Of a stretch of 64,000 bases of DNA, positions 53,886-64,000 are shown piece after piece (position 1 is the stretch's first letter; each line of letters starts with the position of its first letter). The notes under the pieces are model-generated. The model ran no database searches, was not told the origin of the DNA, and saw nothing but the letters and a program-made list of their open reading frames with translations. Both the position numbers and the translations under genes were made by a program. Origin of the DNA: Eledone cirrhosa. Taxonomy: Eukaryota. The stretch is from positions 338,644,001 through 338,708,000 of the forward strand of contig OZ024740.1 of NCBI GenBank assembly GCA_964016885.1, written 5' to 3'.

Positions 53886-54119
53886 ACAGTGCTAAGAGCA
53901 AATACACTGGCTGAGTCTGGCTGAGCAATAATTCCTTCAGAAATGTAAATGAAAACGCAGGAGAAGTTATTTCCTGAACGTGTGGAGAATTAAGCAAAAG
54001 AAAAAGGAGAAAAAATAGTGAAAGAAAAACACAAGAAAAATATGATTGGAAAAAAAAGATGAAAAACGAAAACGGAGAAAAAATATAAATAAACAATGAA
54101 AATAGAAAAATAAATAAAT

Positions 54120-54987
<868 letters not shown>

Positions 54988-55544
54988 GATGTGTGTATAT
55001 GGTGTGAATGTGTGTCTGTTAAGTGTGTATGTATTTGTACTAAATATTGCTGCAGCCACTTTCACTTGTGGACAATCTAACACTTGCAGTAATCTCAATC
55101 TTGTTTGTCTCTCTGTCTCTGTTTGTGTGTGTGTGTAACACTTTCCCAACATGGTGTCTTCATTGTTTCTTTATTAATAAAGAAATTATTGATTTACTTT
55201 TTATTAGTTGGTTTGTTTATTTGATTGGGGAAAGGGTATTTGAAAGTAATTTTTTCTTCTTGAAGCTTTAGAAAATACTTACTTTCAAATAATAAGAACA
55301 CATTTATAAACGCACACAAACACATACCTGCGCATGTGTGTGTCTGTGTTTATGTGTGTGTCTGCGCATGTGTGTGTCTGTGTTTATGTGTATGTGTTGA
55401 TATGTTTGTATCTCTTAAATCTGTACATACCTACATACAGACACTTATACATATTTCAGCATCATCATTTAATGTCTGTTTTCCATATATAAATTATATA
55501 TAATGTGGATGTGTGTATAAGTGTGTATCTAAGTATCTAAGTAT

Positions 55545-55612
<68 letters not shown>

Positions 55613-56982
55613 TATATATGCATATATATCTATTAACAGGGAAACCATATGATGATATATATATATAACATGAAGTTTTATTTTTAAACATCATACCATT
55701 TCTCTCCTCCACTCTTCTGCTCTCTTTTCTTCTGTTCCTTTTCTTTCCCCCCTTTTCTCTTTCACCTGTCTGTTTCCCTCTCCCTCTCTTCTACATCTTC
55801 CCAGTTTCCTTCAATGCCACCTACCATTAGAATGGTAATGTACAGCATCATATATCAGCGGTAACAGATGCTGCAATGGATTATTATTGAACATCAGGAA
55901 GTTTTCACTTCGATTTTCGATGTTTGTTTTCCTCACTAGTGAGATTTTAAATTCTTTACTGCATTGGCCATATAATCGAAAAGATGGTCACAAAACACAA
56001 TTATTTATGGACTGGCAAACATTATCAGTGATATGGTCACTTATTGAGGACCTGACAACTCTATATTGGTTAAAAACTAAACTACTACAGCCATCATTCA
56101 TAATCATGTATGACTTGGTGTTAGCATCTACTATGCCTTCACTGAAGGTTTAGATGCACTTTCATCTCTCCTGCTGTTGATTCAGTGGAATATTCAGGAT
56201 ATGACAACAGGAACGAGAGAGGCATGTAGTGGCACTAGGCTCAGGGTTGGATTTAAACCTTTATCTTTTTCTGAGGTTCATATACAAAAAATTAGTATAC
56301 ACAGCAAACCCCCCCAATTTTATATATCAAATTAGCTTGGCTCCAGTAATTGAAATTAAAAAGTTATACATACAGGTATTAAATTCTAAATTTCTAACTA
56401 TCCTAAAACTAAAAAGCCCAGCTGAGGGCACAAATAAATTGCTATAGCCATTGCTGATGGGGCATCCCACTCCAGGGGCTCAGGGAAATTTTCCCCTTTG
56501 ACCCCCATTAAATCTGTCCCAGTCTGGGTTTGTACTTTCTTTATTGACTCTAAATGGGTAAGAGACAGATCTCACCAGGATTGGAACTAAGAACATAGAG
56601 ACCAGAAAAAGAAAGTCCCAAACTCTGACAACTTTTTCAAATTGACCAGCTTTCTGTATTGGATAAAAAACATACAAAAAATCTTTTGTATGATCTACTA
56701 AAGCAAGGTGAAACAGTGCCCATAATCTTTGCAGACTGTTGACACTGATGTAGCTGATGTCCAGCTTGCTTATCTTTAGGACTTAGGAGTGAGAATAGGA
56801 CCAAGTGCTAGTTATGATTTACTAGTTTGAATGATTGTAAAAGTGTGAGCTGTACTAAAAACATCCAAGGATTAGATCATCATCATCATCATCATCATGA
56901 TCACCATCATCATCATTTCCATTAACTAAAGTCCACTTTCCATGCTAGCATGGGTTAGACGGATGTTAAATGTTGACATTAA

Positions 56983-57204
56983 CCCTTTAGCAATTAAACT
57001 GGCTATATTCGTCCAGAATTCTCTCACCTCTCTCTGTTCAAACCGGCTGTAACTGGCCGCTTATGCTGATATTAAGGTATTGTTCTCAAAATAAATAATA
57101 TCAAAATCTCATAGATTCGATATTATGTTAGATAGTTATGTTAGATAAAGGCCCTTCCTGAAAAAATATAATCGTATATATAGAGTAATGTAAATGCTAT
57201 AGGG
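56983..57204. mobile_element. piggyBac-like MITE with TTAA TSD
   Basis: TTAA|ccctttagca ... tgctataggg|TTAA. Confidence 0.75.
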
Positions 57205-57954
57205 TTAAACTAAATTGCATGCTACACTTACTCCCCCAAATTAGTTACACATTTATTGTTAATACTGGTGGGTCGGCAGTATTGGTAGAGCATTGGATAA
57301 AATGTCACTCATCGTTCTGGGGGTCAATAAAATAAAGTATCAGTTAAGCACTGGTGTTGATGAAATCAACTTTGCTCTTTGCCCAAATTTACTGACCTTG
57401 ATCTTAAATTAGAAATCAATATTGTCATATGTGGGAAAGTAATCTATTCTATATTCGTCATTAACACTTAATGTCCTGTACCATATAAAACCACATTAAC
57501 AAGACATATTTGAGTAGTACAGAACTGCGACTACATTACATGAACAATAAATGTTTTTACGCTAATTATGCACATTTTCAGAATAATCTATAAATATTTG
57601 AATTAATGTATCTGTTTTTGATGGTAAGAGTTACATGGTCACATATTACATAACTGATTTCTCTGTCAAATGACAGTCTTTCACATGACAGCTAAGAGAC
57701 TTACCTGAAAATAGGACAGGCTTTCAAACTAAAGCAGACTAATACAGTAAGGTCGGTAATATAACTAAATGAAAGACTGGTAAATATTGTATTGTTAATT
57801 AAATGGACTGGTCATGTTGTGTTAGTTAAATGGTCTTACATGGTCAAATATTAAAGTACTGTCCGCTCTGTATTGGTTATTAAAGGAAGAACCTGTATTG
57901 GCAATACTGGTTCTCTAATGACTATTAAATGAAGGACTGGTCATAGAGTATTAT

Positions 57955-58215
57955 GACCTAGTGGTAAGGGTGTTGGACTTATGACCATAAAGTTGCGGGT
58001 TCAATTCATAGACTGGGTTGTGTGTTGTGTTCTCGAGCAAAACACTTCATTTCATGTTGTTCCAGTATACTCGACTGAAAACGAGTACCAGCAATAGCTG
58101 GGAGTTTAACCCTGCGATGGACTGGCATCCTATTCAGTGGGCAGTATTGTACTCTCAGTCACTTAACACCATGTAAACTAGGATAAGTACTGGTCTGATG
58201 AACCACCAGGTTTGA
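57955..58215 (+). mobile_element. SINE family S3
   Basis: cctagtggtaagggtgttggac...ggttcaattc...ccctgcgatggactggcatcc. Confidence 0.78.
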
Positions 58216-58444
58216 GATTGACTTTAGAGAGAGACATAGAGTATTGTTAAGTTGGTCATTAAAGGAACAGAATGTTATTCTGTACAAGTTACAGATGACT
58301 GTAGCTACTAAAACAGTTAATAGTCAAGGTGCGACAAACTTCCTATGTCCCCTGCTTTACTCCTAATTATTGATGAGTCATTCAGAACTGTTTTGCTTCT
58401 TCCAAATTCAATTTCCATTTCTTTGTATTTTCTTCTACCATCTT

Positions 58445-58488
58445 ACACACACACATACACACAGACACACACATATATATATATATAG

Positions 58489-58521
<33 letters not shown>

Positions 58522-58645
58522 GACATACACACATACACATATACACAGACACACATACACACATACACACACATACACAGAGAGAGACACTCGCACACAT
58601 ATACAGACACACATACACACATATACACACAGACACACTCACACT

Positions 58646-58695
<50 letters not shown>
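58445..58695. repeat. (CA)n/(TA)n microsatellite
   Basis: Read directly from the sequence. Confidence 0.95.
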
Positions 58696-59104
58696 ATTCA
58701 TAATTCAATTAGGTAGAAATGTACTGAGTGACGTATGAAAAAGAAAATCTCAAATTAAAATTTGCTTGCTTGTTGGGGAAAGAAACAAAACCTATCGTTA
58801 ATTGTTAGTGACTCTCATAGAAAAATAGGAGATAATTTAAAGAAATTAGGAATCAATTTGACAGAAAATTGAATTTTCATGCTTAAGAGAAAAAATCGTA
58901 TCATTTTAGCAAACAAGACAACAGCTATGGATATCTTTTAGTTATAGCTGTTACAGAAATTCACTCAAAGTAGAAACTATCAATACTCTCAATCACAAAA
59001 TACTAATGGAACGAAGGATGAGCTCTTGCCTACAGACCCTTTTTTTCTTCAAAGTTACTCATATCTTTAATCCTGTATGTCATTATTACATGTATGCTGA
59101 ACAT

Positions 59105-59243
59105 TTAGGAAGGGCATCCAGCTGTAGAAACCAAGCCAAAATCTGTTCTGTACGAGCAAGACATGGTCAGCTGACCTAGCATTGCGAACAATAGGATAAC
59201 TCGTCTAACCCATGCCAACGTGGAAAAATGGAAGTTAAATGGA

Positions 59244-59281
<38 letters not shown>
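59105..59281 (+). mobile_element. RTE-type SINE/LINE tail ending in (GAT)n
   Basis: aggaagggcatccagctgtagaaac...acccatgccaacgtggaaaa...gttaaat(gat)n. Confidence 0.7.
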
Positions 59282-59282
<1 letters not shown>

Positions 59283-59399
59283 ATCTTAGAAAGAAATTAT
59301 TAGAATATCACTTATATCTTCAAACAATTCCACATGTCACCACTTAACATTAAATTGTCAAAACGAAAATTTCCCAGTTTGTGTGGTTGTTCATATATC

Positions 59400-59653
59400 C
59401 AATAGTCCTGGTTTCTGCGACTAACCCAGGTTCTGCTGCCCTTCGGGCTGAGATGGGTAAACTCTCCAAGTATTGGTCGCTCTCCGACAGGTTTGCAGTC
59501 GATCCCCTAGCAGTGAAGAATTCTGGTGTCCTTGACCCTAGTGCTACCTCCCTACTTACCATCATAGACACTGAGCTGGCGAGCCGCAGCTGTGAGCCTC
59601 GTGAGATGGAATGGCTCTTCCAGCGCATCTCCCTTACTGCCCCCCGTGAAAAC
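59400..59653 (+). mobile_element. CRE-clade non-LTR retrotransposon fragment (C-terminal restriction-like endonuclease region)
   Basis: SATNPGSAALRAEMGKLSKY...PLAVKNSGVLDPSA...EPREMEWLFQRISL matches the AE..K..KY...P.AVET.G..G...EPRE..WLFQRIS.A..RGN pattern of CRE-like elements. Confidence 0.65.
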
Positions 59654-59925
59654 GTGCTTACGCCATATTTGACTAAATAGAATTAGTCTGTTAGTTGGGA
59701 TTTAAAAAAAAACACCTTCAGAATGGAAAAAAGGATGGCAAACCAAAGATGTGGGTTTGTGTCCCATGTACGTAAATACTCATCCTTTTTTTCATTCTGA
59801 GGGGTTTTTTTTAAATCCCACCAAACAGACTAATTCTATTTAGTCAACTATGGCGTAAGCACATGTTACTACCTAATTTTCAAATTCGCTAGCTGTTTGT
59901 AAACAAAGCCTGCTTTGTGTCTCCC

Positions 59926-60008
<83 letters not shown>

Positions 60009-60187
60009 CCTATGGTTATATAGCTTCTAATTGGATGGAAGTATCGGTGACGTGTTGGTGTAAGTTCGTGTCCCATGTCCGTCACTACTCATCCTTTTGT
60101 CCATTCTGAGGGTTTCTAAAGAATCCCAACTAACAGACTAATTCTATTTAGTCGAATACGGCGAAAGCACATTTTTCTACCTAATTT
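59654..60187. mobile_element. Fold-back element (arms 59654-59737 and 59781-59862) plus a direct copy of its right end (60068-60187)
   Basis: ~83-bp inverted arms. 59759-59879 is repeated at 60068-60187 and both end ctacctaattt. Confidence 0.75.
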
Positions 60188-60540
60188 ACACACACAAACA
60201 CACATATATATATATGCATACATATACATATATACATATGTACGCTTTATAAAAGCCAATGCTGATACTTTGATCTATACATTAAGCCGATTCTGGACTT
60301 TTGTGGGATGTTACTCTCCTTCTCTATCACTCTCTGAACATCTGACACTTTAATTTTTTTCTTTTTTCTCTATCTATCTATCTATCTATTTATCTATCTG
60401 TTTCTCCCTCTGTGTGTCGCTCTCTTTAGATGTGTGTGTGCGTGTGTTCGTTTGTAGTCGTCACAGAAATGTATGCATACTCACACACACACTTACACTC
60501 ACACACTTGTCAGTCATCACATATGTATATATATGTGTAG

Positions 60541-60625
<85 letters not shown>

Positions 60626-60641
60626 ATGTGTATGCAACTTA

Positions 60642-60948
60642 CTAAGGCCTAACGTACGTAACGAACGCGCAAACACACACACACACACACAGATACATAA
60701 ACACTCATATACAAAATATGACGTCGTCGTCATGTTATAAAATGTCGTTTACTATAGTTGACTATAGAAAGATTATTTTAGTTAAGATGTTATATTGTTT
60801 TAATCCAAATGAAATTAAAAATTACATATTAATCCTGGGGTCTAATATTATTACCTTGTAAAATTTTATTTGATTTGGTCGAGCCGTTTGAGAATGCATA
60901 AGGAAACAGACAGACAGGCAGAGAGACAAAGGAATTTATATATATATA
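60642..60948 (-). mobile_element. Probable non-autonomous Helitron
   Basis: On the minus strand: 5' region with (ctgt)n and aaacggctcgaccaaat, an internal (TG)n, and a 3' hairpin cgttcgttacgtacg followed by TTAG|T (CTAG variant). Confidence 0.5.
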
Positions 60949-61160
60949 TCAGTCTAAAATCTTTTCCTGAGTCCTGTATTTTCGTTGCTCTAGTGATGCG
61001 GCTGGACTGCCGATCGCTATATTTGATTTGCTAAGCTGTCTAAACGTATTGTTATTACTCTGGGTACTTTTCCCCATCCGAGTGCTAAAGCTAAATACCG
61101 AATTTACATTCGTTAGCTTGGCCGCGAACTAAAGCTTCGTTAATGCTGTACTAAAATTTG

Positions 61161-61209
<49 letters not shown>

Positions 61210-61405
61210 CTGTGTGTCTGTGTGTGTATATATTTATATTTGTATGTATATTTGTATATATATATATGTGTGTGGTGTGTGTGTATCCATATATATATAT
61301 ATATATATACTTGCCTGCCCTCATCTACAATTAAAAAGGTCCCATTTTTTTTTTCAACCATCCAACATCCTTCTTTTCAATCTCCTATCTGTTCGAACTT
61401 TGCTC

Positions 61406-61441
61406 TTTCCTGACGATAGACTACTGTCTGACACGTTGAAA
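61406..61441 (+). ncRNA. Minimal type I hammerhead ribozyme with one core substitution (GAAA>GACA)
   Basis: tttc CTGACGA t agac-tact-gtct GACA cg TT gaaa: stem I tttc/gaaa, 4-bp stem II, palindromic ACGT stem III, GUU site. Confidence 0.55.
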
Positions 61442-61575
61442 CATTTATTTATTTATATTCATTGCTTGGCGTGAAATTAAAATGACTGTATTTTTGCAAC
61501 TCTGTGTTAGACTTGTTAGATATATGTAGACATAAATATAAATTGTTATTTAGTTCAGTATCCTTCGATGTATGT

Positions 61576-61644
<69 letters not shown>

Positions 61645-61769
61645 ATATATTTCGTTTCTGAATTTGTTTAGCAAGATTCTTTATCTGAAATCGTGTGTTG
61701 AAACCGATATTGTTATACTTTGGGAGGGTCATGTTGCCAATAAGAAACACACGCACCAGTTGCTTTCAC

Positions 61770-62348
61770 CATGCTATCAACTCATGGTATGATAGCAATA
61801 AATACCAGAGTGTAATGTTAATCGATACAACCCCTAGAGGCGAACTAGCCTACAAATTTAGAAGGGCCCTAAATAAACATAAACTCAATATTAAGATAGT
61901 AGAAAGACCAGGTACCTCCGTAAAAACACTTATTAGCAAGACATACCCTTTTCAAAGAGCCTCATGTATAGATAAGAAATGTACAACCTGTAAAATAAGC
62001 CCCCATATTAACTGTAAAACTAGAAATGTAGTGTATAGCATATGATGTACTGGAGGACAATGTAGAAACAAAAATATAGTGTACATAGGTGAGACAGCTC
62101 GTAGTGAAGGGGAACGGATAAATGAACACTGGCGAGACCTTCAAGATAATAAAGAATCATCTGTACTCTACCAACATGCCAAGATAGAACACAAGGGTAA
62201 ATTAGAGAACATAGAAATAAAAATAGAATCTACACACAGAAAAGATGCAATGTTTAGACAAATTACAGAGGCAATAAACATAAAAGAATTACAACCAAAA
62301 TTAAATAGAAAATATGAGTGGAACAGCAACATCACAACTTACAATTAA
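61770..62348 (+). pseudogene. PLE C-terminal ORF: linker zinc finger and GIY-YIG endonuclease, one in-frame TGA at 62043-62045
   Basis: TPRGELA, IKIVERPG, CIDKKCTTC..NC, VVYSI*CTGGQC..YIGETARS..ERINEH..H...H..RQITEAINI..LNRKYEW, all in one frame. Confidence 0.85.
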
Positions 62349-62568
62349 GGACAAAATGAAAACACACACACACATAGAACAAACAACCAACCAATAACAT
62401 GTAAATAAATAAATAAATAAATAAATAAACAAATAGATAAATGAACATAAACACACACAGACACCCGGATGTGGCGCATGCGCAAACTGAGCACACAACA
62501 CACACACAGAAACAAAATGGCGTAGGACAGAACAAAGGAGAGGCACAGAAACAAAGAAAGGAATCCCC

Positions 62569-62613
62569 AGTCACTGAAGAGGTCACAGAGTGTGTGACGA
62601 AAGGACTATGACT
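62569..62613 (+). ncRNA. Minimal type I hammerhead ribozyme in the PLE 3' repeat
   Basis: agtca CTGAAGA g gtcaca-gagtg-tgtgac GAAA ggac TA tgact: 5-bp stem I, 6-bp stem II, complete core, very short stem III, CUA cleavage triplet (after 62608). Confidence 0.85.
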
Positions 62614-62754
62614 ATATATAAACAACTATCTGGTTGTGGAACCAACCAACCAAACATAAATTTATAAATTTGTAAATTATAAATATATAATAAATTGAAG
62701 TGAAAGCAACTGGTGCGTGTGTTTCTTATTGGCAACATGACCATCCCAAAGTAT

Positions 62755-64000
<1,246 letters not shown>

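Noticed and set aside
53043-53924. 293-aa Thr-rich mucin-like ORF
   Set aside because: It is entirely (ACC)n microsatellite, open on both strands, with no splice or domain evidence.
55800-56230. Possible host exon in unique-looking sequence
   Set aside because: No long frame, recognisable domain or convincing splice-site pair.

Overview
Eukaryotic, AT-rich, repeat-saturated DNA with no host protein-coding exon I can support. It is probably intronic or intergenic. The mix of (TA)n, (CA)n and (GAT)n microsatellites, tRNA-derived SINEs and RTE tails suggests a coleoid cephalopod such as Octopus (inference). Most ORFs in the supplied track are microsatellite translations. The main elements are: (1) a near full-length but frameshifted Tx1/L1-clade LINE (12228-17941) sitting in an (ATT)n tract, with a hairpin-rich 5' UTR; (2) a complete hATm-type DNA transposon (21120-23513, perfect 8-bp TSD) whose transposase frame is broken by two TGA codons; (3) an RTE LINE 3' fragment with a PHD-type zinc finger inside the RT, plus SINEs that share its tail; (4) remnants of R4/Dong, CRE, CR1 and other RTE LINEs, many SINEs and MITEs, and a probable non-autonomous Helitron. 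At 59.6-64 kb there is a cluster of microsatellite-embedded Penelope-like modules: a Naiad-type GIY-YIG element with an inverted terminal repeat, one in-frame TGA and a minimal hammerhead ribozyme with a complete core, plus a point-mutated and a truncated hammerhead in neighbouring non-coding modules. All family assignments come from motif recognition by eye; no database searches were run.
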